Source of the DNA: a phage
Length of the DNA: 64,000 bases
Direction: 5' to 3' (one strand)
Sequence record: PZ295659.1
Shown: positions 9,578 to 19,207 of the stretch, in pieces
How the letters are laid out: each line of letters opens with the position of its first letter
How positions within the stretch are numbered: position 1 is the first letter of the stretch
Notes under the pieces: model-generated
The model's input: the letters and a program-made list of their open reading frames with translations, nothing else
What the model was told of the DNA's origin: nothing
Database searches by the model: none
Position numbers and translations under genes: made by a program

Positions 9578-9866
9578 ATCGTTCCTTATAACTATCAATA
9601 TAATCCTGTATGTCGAAGAACGACATTTCATATTCTAGGGCATTAAGAGCCCGTTCTTCAGTATAGTCAGAACCAAAGACGATAGTGATTTCACCAGGCT
9701 TCATGTGATTGAAATCAACACTAAAAGGAATACGAGAACATACTTCGTCTGCCATATCTGCAACAACACTACGATATACTTCTCGGTTAACCTGATAAAG
9801 CTCTGCAAGTTCTTCGCATCGAATAACAAGTTCAGTGGCAGGATTTTCTTTGATTTTAGTAAACAT
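9567..9866 (-). CDS. arn: Acidic small protein in the position of Arn (anti-restriction)
   Basis: 99 aa, strongly acidic, immediately upstream of asiA as arn is in T4; SD aaggg; assignment by position and composition only. Confidence 0.4.
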   Translation of the reverse strand: MFTKIKENPATELVIRCEELAELYQVNREVYRSVVADMADEVCSRIPFSVDFNHMKPGEITIVFGSDYTEERALNALEYEMSFFDIQDYIDSYKERYES

Positions 9867-9940
9867 AGTCTTTACCCTTATGTTTTTGTTTGCGTTTAGA
9901 TTGAAGTTCTGATTTCTTCTTGTCCTTATGAACAGAAGCC

Positions 9941-10168
9941 TTATTGAAATCGTGTTTTGCTACAAGATTGTTCATAATGATTTATAACCTCATTTAAACA
10001 TTTATCGGTAAAAGAAAACTTTTTAGCCACAGAACATTCGATAATGTGCTCTTTCAAATCTTTAGAGTCGGTATATCCCATCTCAGTAATAAAGTGGCGA
10101 ATTAAAGCTTTATTCTTATCATTAACAGAATTAAAATAATCTGCTTTAGAATCAATTATTCTCATCAT
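9941..10168 (-). CDS. Hypothetical protein (arn.x region)
   Basis: 75-aa ORF in a co-directional gene run. Confidence 0.4.
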   Translation of the reverse strand: MMRIIDSKADYFNSVNDKNKALIRHFITEMGYTDSKDLKEHIIECSVAKKFSFTDKCLNEVINHYEQSCSKTRFQ

Positions 10169-10433
10169 CTAATTTCCTTAATTGATATTGCAACGAGCTA
10201 ATAATTTCTTCATTCATTTTAATATACATGTCACGCAAGAAAGGTTTTAACCCATCACGAATAATTGCTAACGTATCACCTTTACATAAATTAACCAAAT
10301 AAGGATGGTCTAAAGCGTCCCAACCAGGCTGATTAGCATACATACCATAGTTTTCTTCCATCATATGATTAAGACGTTTGATATCTTGGATACGTGATTC
10401 AATAGCATCTTTCTGGAGTTGTTTAATATTCAT
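10152..10433 (-). CDS. Hypothetical protein
   Basis: 93-aa ORF, 17-nt overlap with the downstream ORF. Confidence 0.45.
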   Translation of the reverse strand: MNIKQLQKDAIESRIQDIKRLNHMMEENYGMYANQPGWDALDHPYLVNLCKGDTLAIIRDGLKPFLRDMYIKMNEEIISSLQYQLRKLDDENN

Positions 10434-10894
10434 TAATAAAGGTCCTCTGAATAAAGTTCTTTCTCACTTCCGCCACGTTCAATACGTACCTGTCCAGCAT
10501 ACGTTGCAATAATCATTGCTTCTTCACGAGTCCAGTAATTAGAGTATTGGTCGATAAAGCCTTGGTCATCACCACAAACTTGTTGCGAGACTAATTGAGG
10601 ACCAACTATATCAAGTACTTCAGCCATATCTTTAGAGTAATGACGAACTCCAGGAATAACCAGAGTTCCACCGCTCTTCAATTTAAACCTATTAGCTGCA
10701 CATACTATAACACGTTGAACTTTTTGGTCATTATTCCAATAGCACGTTTGCCAACAGATTTCAGGAACTTCATTCACTATATCATCAGCAGAATAATTAT
10801 AACCGTAGGACTGGAATTTTTCTGCTAGACTTTCAGGAGTCTCACGAGACAAGGCCAAATCTAATAGCTCTAAACGTTCTTTAAATGATTTCAT
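10433..10894 (-). CDS. Hypothetical protein
   Basis: 153-aa ORF, start/stop overlap with neighbours. Confidence 0.5.
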   Translation of the reverse strand: MKSFKERLELLDLALSRETPESLAEKFQSYGYNYSADDIVNEVPEICWQTCYWNNDQKVQRVIVCAANRFKLKSGGTLVIPGVRHYSKDMAEVLDIVGPQLVSQQVCGDDQGFIDQYSNYWTREEAMIIATYAGQVRIERGGSEKELYSEDLY

Positions 10895-11220
10895 TTAAAC
10901 CATTCCTTAATACGTTGCCAAATAGATTTTTGTGCTTGTTTATTTACACCAATCGAACGAATAACCGGTTGTGACTGCTGGTATTCTTTATAATCTTCTT
11001 TATAGATTTCGTAAGCTGCATCAACAAATGAACTGATCGCTGACATGTAGTTTTTGCGAAGGCCAAATGGTGCGTCATTATTTTCACGAATAACCATATA
11101 TTGGCCTGCTTTAATCTTTACAATTGTCCCTAAATAAGCCCCGTGGTACCAAATATCCCATCCTTCCTGAGTAGGTTCTGCACATTTACGAAGTTCGTTA
11201 ATAATATTCAGCTTATTCAT
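10891..11220 (-). CDS. Hypothetical protein
   Basis: 109-aa ORF directly downstream of motA. Confidence 0.5.
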   Translation of the reverse strand: MNKLNIINELRKCAEPTQEGWDIWYHGAYLGTIVKIKAGQYMVIRENNDAPFGLRKNYMSAISSFVDAAYEIYKEDYKEYQQSQPVIRSIGVNKQAQKSIWQRIKEWFK

Positions 11221-11230
11221 TATGTATTCC

Positions 11231-11863
11231 TCACAGTACGTTAGTTACAAGGGTAATGATTTCTTTGGACACATTAGGGAAGTCAATGTAAGTATATTTA
11301 CCACCGATCTTAATCTTAACATCATTTTCAAGAGAAGTAAACAGCTTTGATTCAGTTTCTGACATGTTGTATGCAAATATTCTAAGACAACCATCTCGAC
11401 GAATTTCGATCTGACGAATACCTAGAACTCGTTTTGCAAATCGAACTTCCAAGTTACTACGGTTTTCACCAATTTCTTTAACTTCAACTTTATCTTTAAT
11501 ATTTTCAAAAACAAAGTTTGCTAGTTCATGCATTTCAGGAGTAACTCCACGTGCTTTTCTGGTGTTACGTTTCTGAAGAAGTTCTGGAGCATTTTCTTGG
11601 GCAAAGAGGTCTGCAGCTTTTTGGATAATATCCATTGCTTCGCCTGTTGCTATAAGTCCATCACCAGATTTTTCGACTAAACCTTTCTTAATCAATACAC
11701 CAATGTTAGAGTTAACAACCGATGCATTGTATTCCGCTTCCAGAGCTTCACGGACATTGGCAGCAGTGGTGAAGTTGTTCTTAATGATATAAACCATTAT
11801 TGCGGCAGTTTTTTCATTCAGAGCGTTTTCAGAAGCTTTGATGATGTAAGTAACTTTAGACAT
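11231..11863 (-). CDS. motA: Middle transcription activator MotA
   Basis: Start at internal ATG 11863 (MSKVTYIIKAS...), about 210 aa as in T4 MotA; SD ggaga; early promoter just upstream. Confidence 0.85.
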   Translation of the reverse strand: MSKVTYIIKASENALNEKTAAIMVYIIKNNFTTAANVREALEAEYNASVVNSNIGVLIKKGLVEKSGDGLIATGEAMDIIQKAADLFAQENAPELLQKRNTRKARGVTPEMHELANFVFENIKDKVEVKEIGENRSNLEVRFAKRVLGIRQIEIRRDGCLRIFAYNMSETESKLFTSLENDVKIKIGGKYTYIDFPNVSKEIITLVTNVL

Positions 11864-11900
11864 TTTATTTCTCCAAATTAGTATTTGTTTTGATAGGTCT

Positions 11901-11929
11901 ATAATATCATGTTTGAAGCACATGTAAAC
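11901..11929 (-). promoter_or_regulatory. Early promoter for motA
   Basis: Minus-strand reading GTTTACA-N17-TATTAT about 40 nt upstream of the motA ATG. Confidence 0.55.
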
Positions 11930-11954
11930 TGTTTTGTGAGAAAAATGCACAAAA

Positions 11955-11970
11955 GGGAGCCGAAGCTCCC
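11955..11970 (-). terminator. UUCG-tetraloop hairpin (GGGAGC-UUCG-GCUCCC) with U-rich tail
   Basis: Plus-strand gggagccgaagctccc; on the minus transcript a UUCG hairpin followed by UUUUGUGCAUUUUU, between gp52 and the motA promoter. Confidence 0.5.
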
Positions 11971-12046
11971 TAATCATGTTTGTCCAACCAATACAGCCAA
12001 ATCACTAGTGCGGCTATTGCACCGAGAAATCCTAAGGCTAGGGCAC

Positions 12047-13372
12047 TCAAAGTGCCTCCAAGTCTTTAGTGTACTCTGTCACAACATCAGTAGACTTCCA
12101 ATACTCATTTTCTTCTTTCTTAGCTTTAGCTTCTTCTGCTAGTTTACGTGCTTCGTCGGAAGTGATATGGAAGATGTTAAGACCCACCAGTTTATCGACA
12201 TGTTCTTTATACATTTCGATTTGTGCTAGCTCTTCAGTCAAAGCTTTACGAGTCTTGCCTTGAATCACAATTTCACCGTTGATAACTTTTTTGATGAAGT
12301 GTGCCTTAGCAAAAGCCAGTTTAAATGCTTTTTCAGATTCAAGGATTTTGTTGTCAATACGTTTCTGAACGTAAGTCTTACGGACTTCAACAAAATCTTT
12401 GATTAAGTCCACTACGTTATCGTAGACCGCTAATTTACCCTTTTCATTAATCACTGTGATGTTTTGTGAACGACGTTCGATGAGACTAAAATCTTTCATG
12501 ATTTTTTCATGACGTAGCTCTTCATCATCAGGAAGCGAGTACTCTTTACGGAACTTCACCTTAAACCCAAAGCCGTGTTCACCGCAATCATCTTCCCATG
12601 AGATTAGACCTTTGTCTTCCAATGGGTCAAGAACCTTACTCACATACGTTTCACGGTCGAATTTATATGGGATTTCAGTTATCTGCATTTGAGTGCGAGA
12701 TGTGAACTTATATGTTCCGTGAATCTCATAACGCCCATCAACTTCATGTACTTCACCACGGAATTCCGGGAATTCAACTTTTGGCTTAGTGACATTTTTA
12801 CCTTGAAGAGCTTGTAATACAGCCTTTTTGACTGATTTAAAACTATGGGGCAGAATATTTGTTGCGTAACCGGTTGCAATACCAGAGACGCCATTCAAAA
12901 GAACTGTCGGAATAATAGGAAGATAGAATTTTGGTGGAATGTGTTCTTTATCTTCATGAGCTGGAGCATATTCAGTATCTTTATATACGTTATAGAAATT
13001 TTTACTTACACGAGCAAAAATATAACGAGATGCTGCAGCTTTTTGGACTGTTCGAGAACCAAAGTTGCCTTGGCCATCTAACAGTGGATAGTTGTTGTTC
13101 CACGTGTTAGCCATCAATGCACCTGCATCTTGTGCAGAAGATTCACCATGGTGATAACCTAAATCTGCAACACCACCTGCAATTGACGCAAGTTTATGAA
13201 ATTTTTCTTTATTACCACGAGCCAAATCTAACGCACGATGAACCACAAAACGTTGAACCGGCTTAAATCCATCAATCATGTTTGGGATTGCACGGTTTTC
13301 GACGGTGTACATCGCATATGCTAAGGCTTCGTTATCAATAATACTTTTTAGATTACGAGAATTCAATTGCAT
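12047..13372 (-). CDS. 52: DNA topoisomerase II medium subunit gp52 (GyrA-like)
   Basis: 441 aa; MQLNSRNLKSIIDNEALAYAMYTVENRAIPNMIDGFKPVQRF... as in type IIA topoisomerase A subunits; T4 position. Confidence 0.9.
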   Translation of the reverse strand: MQLNSRNLKSIIDNEALAYAMYTVENRAIPNMIDGFKPVQRFVVHRALDLARGNKEKFHKLASIAGGVADLGYHHGESSAQDAGALMANTWNNNYPLLDGQGNFGSRTVQKAAASRYIFARVSKNFYNVYKDTEYAPAHEDKEHIPPKFYLPIIPTVLLNGVSGIATGYATNILPHSFKSVKKAVLQALQGKNVTKPKVEFPEFRGEVHEVDGRYEIHGTYKFTSRTQMQITEIPYKFDRETYVSKVLDPLEDKGLISWEDDCGEHGFGFKVKFRKEYSLPDDEELRHEKIMKDFSLIERRSQNITVINEKGKLAVYDNVVDLIKDFVEVRKTYVQKRIDNKILESEKAFKLAFAKAHFIKKVINGEIVIQGKTRKALTEELAQIEMYKEHVDKLVGLNIFHITSDEARKLAEEAKAKKEENEYWKSTDVVTEYTKDLEAL

Positions 13373-13376
13373 ATTT

Positions 13377-13517
13377 TCACCATATTAATGAACGAATATC
13401 CATTATAACATCTGAAATGAAAAGCACTACTTGGATTAGTCCAAACATCACACCATAGTACAGAACCGTAAGCAACAACAAGAGCCCGAAGGCTCCTGCT
13501 AAGATTTTCTTAATCAT
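13377..13517 (-). CDS. Possible small hydrophobic protein (46 aa); overlaps a UUCG-type hairpin so may not be coding
   Basis: ATG overlaps the upstream stop as TAATG; MIKKILAGAFGLLLLLTVLYYGVMFGLIQVVLF...; region where T4 has ac/stp. Confidence 0.3.
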   Translation of the reverse strand: MIKKILAGAFGLLLLLTVLYYGVMFGLIQVVLFISDVIMDIRSLIW

Positions 13518-13663
13518 TACTCGCCTTTTAATACGTTAAAAAGAGCTAAGACCGCTAAGGTACCTTGTGACACCGCCTGTTGAAATACTGATGTTTCGCC
13601 TGTAACTAAAGTGTTAATGAATAAAAACGACCAACACAACAATGCAATGATCCATGTTACCAT
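13517..13663 (-). CDS. Possible small membrane protein (48 aa)
   Basis: ATG with SD gaggt; MVTWIIALLCWSFLFINTLVTGE...; below the 60-aa cutoff of the six-frame track. Confidence 0.4.
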   Translation of the reverse strand: MVTWIIALLCWSFLFINTLVTGETSVFQQAVSQGTLAVLALFNVLKGE

Positions 13664-13684
13664 TTTAATTACCTCAAAAATAAA

Positions 13685-14131
13685 TTAATAACTCTGCAGA
13701 ATGAATTTGAAATTATCTGCCAGAAGACGGTTCATTTCAGTGAGTGTTTGATATTCTGATGTATGATTGCGAGTGAATGCCAGAGCCAATTGTCCTTTAC
13801 CATAACCAGTAGTCAGGGGTTTCATGTTCTTAGCTGCAACAAAGATTACATCATATTCGATATTGTTAGTGCCCATGGTACGGGCTAGTTGCGAACGGCC
13901 TTGACGAATGTGAGAAAGAATTGCATCCAACCCTTGTTTAGAACGTTGACGTCCTACAAAGAATCGTGCTGCTACTTGACGCCAATCAGATGAACCTTTA
14001 ACAAAGAAGTAAAAACCTTCACGAGAACGAAACTCTTTAGAAACTTCAGAACCGTATTCGCCATTACGAACTACTGCAACAACTTCACCGCCAACTGCCA
14101 GAAGGTCTTTACGAGTTAAATATTTGGACAT
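13685..14131 (-). CDS. ndd: Nucleoid disruption protein Ndd
   Basis: 148 aa; [29 protein letters not shown] and [20 protein letters not shown] resemble remembered T4 Ndd; synteny. Confidence 0.7.
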   Translation of the reverse strand: MSKYLTRKDLLAVGGEVVAVVRNGEYGSEVSKEFRSREGFYFFVKGSSDWRQVAARFFVGRQRSKQGLDAILSHIRQGRSQLARTMGTNNIEYDVIFVAAKNMKPLTTGYGKGQLALAFTRNHTSEYQTLTEMNRLLADNFKFILQSY

Positions 14132-14174
14132 GCTAATTTCCTCAATTGATTAATGTTTTGTAATCCATGAGAGC

Positions 14175-14204
14175 ATTATACTCTGCTCTCAAGAGTTTGT
14201 ACAA
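14175..14204 (-). promoter_or_regulatory. Early promoter for ndd
   Basis: Minus-strand TTGTACA-N17-TATAAT, with the -10 inside a 7-bp inverted repeat (gagagca / tgctctc). Confidence 0.55.
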
Positions 14205-14206
14205 TT

Positions 14207-14407
14207 TTATTCGGCCATATCAGAACGTTCAAAAAGCTCTTCAACAGTTAAACATTCGGTGTCATCCTCAATAAAGAATCGGGTCCAACACGTTGGGGCG
14301 ATGCAGTTATGAGTTTGACCAGCTATAGAAGCTACACGAATAAGCTGCTGGCCATTATTCAGGACAAATTTTTCACCAATTTCAACATCTTTAAAAAGCT
14401 TAGCCAT
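14207..14407 (-). CDS. Hypothetical protein
   Basis: 66-aa ORF with SD gagga and its own early promoter upstream. Confidence 0.5.
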   Translation of the reverse strand: MAKLFKDVEIGEKFVLNNGQQLIRVASIAGQTHNCIAPTCWTRFFIEDDTECLTVEELFERSDMAE

Positions 14408-14435
14408 TTTGTATTCCTCATGTTTTGATAGGACT

Positions 14436-14465
14436 ACTATACCATAATCCTACCTTGATGTAAAC
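14436..14465 (-). promoter_or_regulatory. Early promoter (GTTTACA-N17-TATAGT) for ORF 14207..14407
   Basis: Consensus -35/-10 on the minus strand; -10 lies within the inverted repeat aggatta / taatcct. Confidence 0.55.
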
Positions 14466-14657
14466 AATTAAATTACATTAAAATATGTTAAAGCCAACCA
14501 TGTTCCAGTGAACGAACATGCGATGTAAAAACCCGTATCGCAAATTGTTCTTAGTACAATAAGAAGTGCATTTTTCATAAGTACCTCAATACAATTGAAA
14601 ATATTATACAAATCATAGGGATACTAAGCAACCATATTCCGATCCACATTTTAGAGC

Positions 14658-14921
14658 TCATATCTCAACTTCCGCGAGTTCCATATATCCTTTGTTGATA
14701 ACCTCTTTAAGGTCTTTAGAAAGAATAACATCAAAATGGTCGTTCATATGTCCATTAACCAGACGAGTTATTTCGGCTTCAGATGACATATAAGGCACGT
14801 CTGAGTCCCAATGAGATAGACCTAAATGGGTATAAATCATCCCTTCGTCATCTGCAGTGTTGTACATTGAAACAAATTCGCCTGTTACTTTATGTTTTGC
14901 GTAGAAAAATTTAAATTTCAT
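14658..14921 (-). CDS. Hypothetical protein
   Basis: 87-aa ORF with SD and early promoter. Confidence 0.5.
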   Translation of the reverse strand: MKFKFFYAKHKVTGEFVSMYNTADDEGMIYTHLGLSHWDSDVPYMSSEAEITRLVNGHMNDHFDVILSKDLKEVINKGYMELAEVEI

Positions 14922-14947
14922 GATGTTATCCTCTTTTAGATAGGACT

Positions 14948-14977
14948 ACTATATCATAGTCCTACTTAGTTGTAAAC
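14948..14977 (-). promoter_or_regulatory. Early promoter (GTTTACA-N17-TATAGT) for ORF 14658..14921
   Basis: Consensus elements on the minus strand; -10 embedded in the 8-bp palindrome taggacta / tagtccta. Confidence 0.55.
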
Positions 14978-14989
14978 ACTTTTATGAAA

Positions 14990-15547
14990 TTAAAGATGAA
15001 GATACCACCCGTTGTAGTTGCTCTTGCGGACGATTTTCTTTAGGTCTTCATGGTCTCCCACGAACTTTATAGAATAAGAGAAGACGTCAGGTGAGGTTTC
15101 TTTGACATCTAATATAATAATGCAATCTGCGACTCGATGGTTCAAGAAGGGCCCTATATTGATTCCATTACCACCCGGATAATCACCACTGTATCCTGTG
15201 GTAACCGAAATCCATTTAGAATCTATCTGGTGTGTCTTGACTTCTACACGAATTCCACAATACTTGGGATGGGCTAACACGTCCCATGCATACGTGTACG
15301 GGTCTTCTACGTCTTCAATACCTTTATTAACATATCCGTCTAGCCAATTTGCTACTACATACTCTGCAAAGACCGCAACCTTACAACGTCGAACTACATC
15401 TTCTTTGTTTTGGCCAGGATTTTGGCTCAGGGAATACCGAGCAGTATCAGCGATCTTCACCTTCATTTCACTAGTCAAAAACTCATTCGACAGGATAAAT
15501 GTCGGAAGATTCTTCAGTCTCAACAGTCCCAAGTTCGTCTTTACCAT
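14990..15547 (-). CDS. denB: Hypothetical protein in the position and size range of endonuclease IV (DenB)
   Basis: Start taken at internal ATG 15547 (SD agagg), giving about 185 aa as T4 DenB; assignment by synteny between ndd and rIIB only. Confidence 0.4.
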   Translation of the reverse strand: MVKTNLGLLRLKNLPTFILSNEFLTSEMKVKIADTARYSLSQNPGQNKEDVVRRCKVAVFAEYVVANWLDGYVNKGIEDVEDPYTYAWDVLAHPKYCGIRVEVKTHQIDSKWISVTTGYSGDYPGGNGINIGPFLNHRVADCIIILDVKETSPDVFSYSIKFVGDHEDLKKIVRKSNYNGWYLHL

Positions 15548-15770
15548 AGATACCTCTGATGTGTAGTTCGCCAAAATAAATGCGGTCACCTTCTTCAAGA
15601 TATTCTGCATCTACAGGCGGAATTTCAATAACAACTTCGTCACATTCTAACCAGCCGTAGTGTGCATCACCAGGATGTTTTACCAATTTAGCACAATAAA
15701 CTGATTTACACTTATGATGACCACGAAGATTAGCAATTTTGGATTCTGATACGTCAAATGGATGAATCAT
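15483..15770 (-). CDS. Hypothetical protein (start moved to internal ATG with SD agggg)
   Basis: The first 17 codons of the six-frame ORF overlap the rIIB stop and a terminator hairpin; ATG at 15770 follows the hairpin. Confidence 0.4.
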   Translation of the reverse strand: MIHPFDVSESKIANLRGHHKCKSVYCAKLVKHPGDAHYGWLECDEVVIEIPPVDAEYLEEGDRIYFGELHIRGIYGKDELGTVETEESSDIYPVE

Positions 15771-15789
15771 AATTACCCCTAAAGAAAAA

Positions 15790-15805
15790 GGGGACCGAAG
15801 TCCCC
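15790..15805 (-). terminator. UUCG-tetraloop hairpin (GGGGAC-UUCG-GUCCCC) + U-run after rIIB
   Basis: Plus-strand ggggaccgaagtcccc 5 nt downstream of the rIIB stop; minus transcript ends ...GUCCCCUUUUUCUUU. Confidence 0.6.
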
Positions 15806-15810
15806 AATTA

Positions 15811-16746
15811 TTATTCTGCAAATAATTCAGTAACGTCTGAAATTACTTCATAACGACAAGTACGCATCTTAGCATCACCATAGTCAACTGGGATAGATAC
15901 AACATCACGTGGATGAACTTTAACCTTAACAACTTTATCTGAGCTAGAACCAAAGTAACGAATATATGATTTAGCACAAACATGTAGACCACGGGAACAA
16001 GTTTGTGTATCATCATCGTTAACACGAGTACGAGGCATTGAAACAACTTTACCAGGCGAGTTATCAAATGTGCCGCTATAGCAATCTAAATAGTCCTTAC
16101 GAACTACTTTCCATGCGTAGAAATGTCCGTCTTCAGTGATTTCAATATCATTTGCAACCAAGAAGTCGAATAAACGTTGTACAGCTTTTTCGCTTGGGTT
16201 TTCTAACAGGTTTTCAAGGAACGGCAGATAGAATTTAAAGTCTTCGCCTTTTTCCATGGAATCAATAATACGGTTAACCAGTCCTGAACGAATTTCTATA
16301 CCTTGATAAAATAAACTACCACCTTCAATAGTAACATTACCATCAACAAACTTAGTAATAGCTTTCTTGATGTTAATAAGTTCGACAGCTTTACTAAGGT
16401 TTCCTGCGACCAAATTAGCTTTAATTTCTTCAAAATTTGCATGACTTGATGGGGTCGCATTGTATGCTACGCGTCCTTCAATGATTGAAATAAATTTAGA
16501 TGACGCGTTCCATACGATTTCTGGACGATGACCTGTAATAATAGGTTCATTATTTTCTGGGATCTGTTCTTCGTCTTCAAATTCAGCTGCTTTCTCTTCA
16601 GCTTTAAAATTCTTAACAATCTTACGAAGAGTATCTGTTGAAATGTCAAAGTAATCGGCAATTTCTTTACGGGTCCATTTGCCTGATTTGACCAGGTCGT
16701 AAGCTTCTAACTGTTCTTCTTGGGACAAGCATTTGATATTGTACAT
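15811..16746 (-). CDS. rIIB: rIIB protein
   Basis: 311 aa; MYNIKCLSQEEQ...; size and position as T4 rIIB. Confidence 0.9.
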   Translation of the reverse strand: MYNIKCLSQEEQLEAYDLVKSGKWTRKEIADYFDISTDTLRKIVKNFKAEEKAAEFEDEEQIPENNEPIITGHRPEIVWNASSKFISIIEGRVAYNATPSSHANFEEIKANLVAGNLSKAVELINIKKAITKFVDGNVTIEGGSLFYQGIEIRSGLVNRIIDSMEKGEDFKFYLPFLENLLENPSEKAVQRLFDFLVANDIEITEDGHFYAWKVVRKDYLDCYSGTFDNSPGKVVSMPRTRVNDDDTQTCSRGLHVCAKSYIRYFGSSSDKVVKVKVHPRDVVSIPVDYGDAKMRTCRYEVISDVTELFAE

Positions 16747-16755
16747 AATGTTTCC

Positions 16756-18969
16756 TTATTTGGCCGCTTCCACGGCCTTCATGAATTTAACGATTTGAGC
16801 GACCTGTTCTTTAGAAAGAGTACCACGTCGTCCCATGTATTCTGACACAATATGATAATTGGTTTCAAATTCAATAACCATTTTATCATCATTATCGTAA
16901 GCATTATCTTTAAGCTTATCGAAAATTTTAGCACACAATTCTAACTTCCTGTTTAAGTCTCTGTTATCAGCACCTGCGAATCGATTCCATCCCCAACGAT
17001 TATTTACTGTTGAAAGTTTTGCAAAATCTTTACTGATTTCTTTGTTCTTAGAGCTAAAATACTTACTAAGGAAGTTAAGCTCTTCATTACGAGTAATATG
17101 ATTCAAATAAGGCTGTGCTCTACGACTTGGTGATACATACTCATCATAATCCACTTTATCAATTAGCGTAATATAGTCATTAATTGATTTTTCGAACAAG
17201 CATTCTACTTCACCAAGTTTACGAACTTTCTTAGCAATCTGTGGACGGACTACAGTGAACTCTTTAATACCTGATAAATCGGCAATACGAGTCAAGAAAC
17301 TAGAATCGTAGTTCAACCAACCTTTATTTGCGTCAAGACATTCAGCGTTAGAACGATTACGAATTACAACATAACCTTGGATTTCATCAGCTTTACCGGC
17401 TGGAATAAAGAGATCTTCTGATACCCAAACATCGTTTTCATTCTTAAAGAACCGATGAGCACTCGGTGATTTAGGACGAGGCTGTGATGAACGTTCTTTA
17501 ACTTCAATCCACGGTTTAACTAATGCAAGAATTTCAGAGGTCTTATAGAATTTAAGGCTATCACCAGCGAAAATAACCTTTAATCGTTCTAGAAGTTTCA
17601 TTGCAACTTCATCTTCCGGGTTAATGAATAATACACTACTACCACGTCCGGAAGGAACCTTATCAACGAGTGTTGATGCATCGGCGGAAGCCAAAGCATC
17701 GTTCAGAGCACGCATCATTGGTACGCGGCCTTTCACATCGTCAATAACAATATCAATATGCTTACGACTAATACCTAGCAGGCTATTAATTGAAATAGTT
17801 GCAGACGAGCTTCCGCTTTCACGAATACGACGAAGTCGTGGGTCTGAAACGATATCATATACAACGCCGAGGTTGCACCATTCAGGTCCCATTTTAAAAC
17901 GTTTGTACAACTCAGAATAAGTTAGCTGTTCTTTAGAATATTTCAGTGATTCAATATTAGAACCAGCTTTTTCCATGTATTTACGAGCAGAGTAACCAAG
18001 AGAATCGATTTCACGGAATACATGACGTGGATATTCACAATCAATCCATTTCTTAGAATCTTCAGCAAATAATTTTGCATCGATTTCTGCAACACGTTTA
18101 TGGATATTTGCTACTGTACGTTTATCAAATGACAACGCTTCACGAGACGGGGCTACATCTAGTTCACCCATAGGGAATTTAATATAAGCTGTAGTGCATC
18201 GCGTCATCATCCATGTTTGTTCTTTAATAACACTTCCGATTGGATATACAATACCACCGTAAACAGCCATGATATTACCACGTTCACCCCATGGAGCTTC
18301 CTTGGCTAAATAAACATCATCGAATTCCGGGAAGTATTTGATATCTTTAACACCACGAACTTCTGCAATGTCACCCAGAGGACGCATAACATAAGCAATT
18401 TCGGATGCGAACTTTTCAAAATCTTCTGGGTTAACAGGCACAACTACTTCAACGCCGGTCCGGTCATCAGGGCCCATCTTATCTACGAAGGTTGGCTTAA
18501 TCTGTGGACCTGTGTCATCTTGGTAGATTACGTAACCACGAACTTCACCGTTGTGATAAGACGTAAGGTTAAACGTATCGGTATATGCTAGTGGAGCTTT
18601 AGAGCCGAGTCCGAATCCACCAATGAAATCGTTACTCGATGTTTTAGTTGAAGCAAAATATGAATTATAGATTCCTGGCTCTTCGTCATTACCTCGAATG
18701 GTGAAATCACTCATACCAGGACCAAAGTCTCGAACTACAAAACGTGGGTCTAAACGACCTGGAGCCTGAACAATAAACTTATCAGTGCAACCATTAAGAA
18801 TTTGACCGTCGATACAGTTTGTGATTAATTCACGTACACAAGCCAATTCTTTGTTTGTATAAAGGTCATTAGACAAAATCTTATAAACTTTGCTATTGCC
18901 TTGAATAGTAAATGCTGTGCTCTTACCGCCTGAACCAATAATCGTTTCTTTAGCCGTTTCAATAATCAT
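16756..18969 (-). CDS. rIIA: rIIA protein
   Basis: 737 aa; size and position as T4 rIIA, adjacent to rIIB. Confidence 0.9.
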   Translation of the reverse strand: MIIETAKETIIGSGGKSTAFTIQGNSKVYKILSNDLYTNKELACVRELITNCIDGQILNGCTDKFIVQAPGRLDPRFVVRDFGPGMSDFTIRGNDEEPGIYNSYFASTKTSSNDFIGGFGLGSKAPLAYTDTFNLTSYHNGEVRGYVIYQDDTGPQIKPTFVDKMGPDDRTGVEVVVPVNPEDFEKFASEIAYVMRPLGDIAEVRGVKDIKYFPEFDDVYLAKEAPWGERGNIMAVYGGIVYPIGSVIKEQTWMMTRCTTAYIKFPMGELDVAPSREALSFDKRTVANIHKRVAEIDAKLFAEDSKKWIDCEYPRHVFREIDSLGYSARKYMEKAGSNIESLKYSKEQLTYSELYKRFKMGPEWCNLGVVYDIVSDPRLRRIRESGSSSATISINSLLGISRKHIDIVIDDVKGRVPMMRALNDALASADASTLVDKVPSGRGSSVLFINPEDEVAMKLLERLKVIFAGDSLKFYKTSEILALVKPWIEVKERSSQPRPKSPSAHRFFKNENDVWVSEDLFIPAGKADEIQGYVVIRNRSNAECLDANKGWLNYDSSFLTRIADLSGIKEFTVVRPQIAKKVRKLGEVECLFEKSINDYITLIDKVDYDEYVSPSRRAQPYLNHITRNEELNFLSKYFSSKNKEISKDFAKLSTVNNRWGWNRFAGADNRDLNRKLELCAKIFDKLKDNAYDNDDKMVIEFETNYHIVSEYMGRRGTLSKEQVAQIVKFMKAVEAAK

Positions 18970-18981
18970 ATTTTTCTCTCA

Positions 18982-19182
18982 TCACAAGTTACGTTTAAAA
19001 ATTTCTGCTACTTCAAGAAGTTCTTCTTTAGTAGCTGTATCGGTTTGTATTTTATATCGAATTTCTTTAAAGCGTTCTTTAAAAGACTCTGCCGACTCGA
19101 TATCAAAAAATCTTTGGATAAGCCGGAATTCCCGGAGCACCGCTTTATCAAAAAGGTCCAAGTCCACGTTATATGTTCTCAT
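18982..19182 (-). CDS. Small protein rIIA.1-like
   Basis: 66-aa ORF immediately upstream of rIIA. Confidence 0.5.
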   Translation of the reverse strand: MRTYNVDLDLFDKAVLREFRLIQRFFDIESAESFKERFKEIRYKIQTDTATKEELLEVAEIFKRNL

Positions 19183-19207
19183 AATATTCTCTTCAGTAGA
19201 TTCCTAG

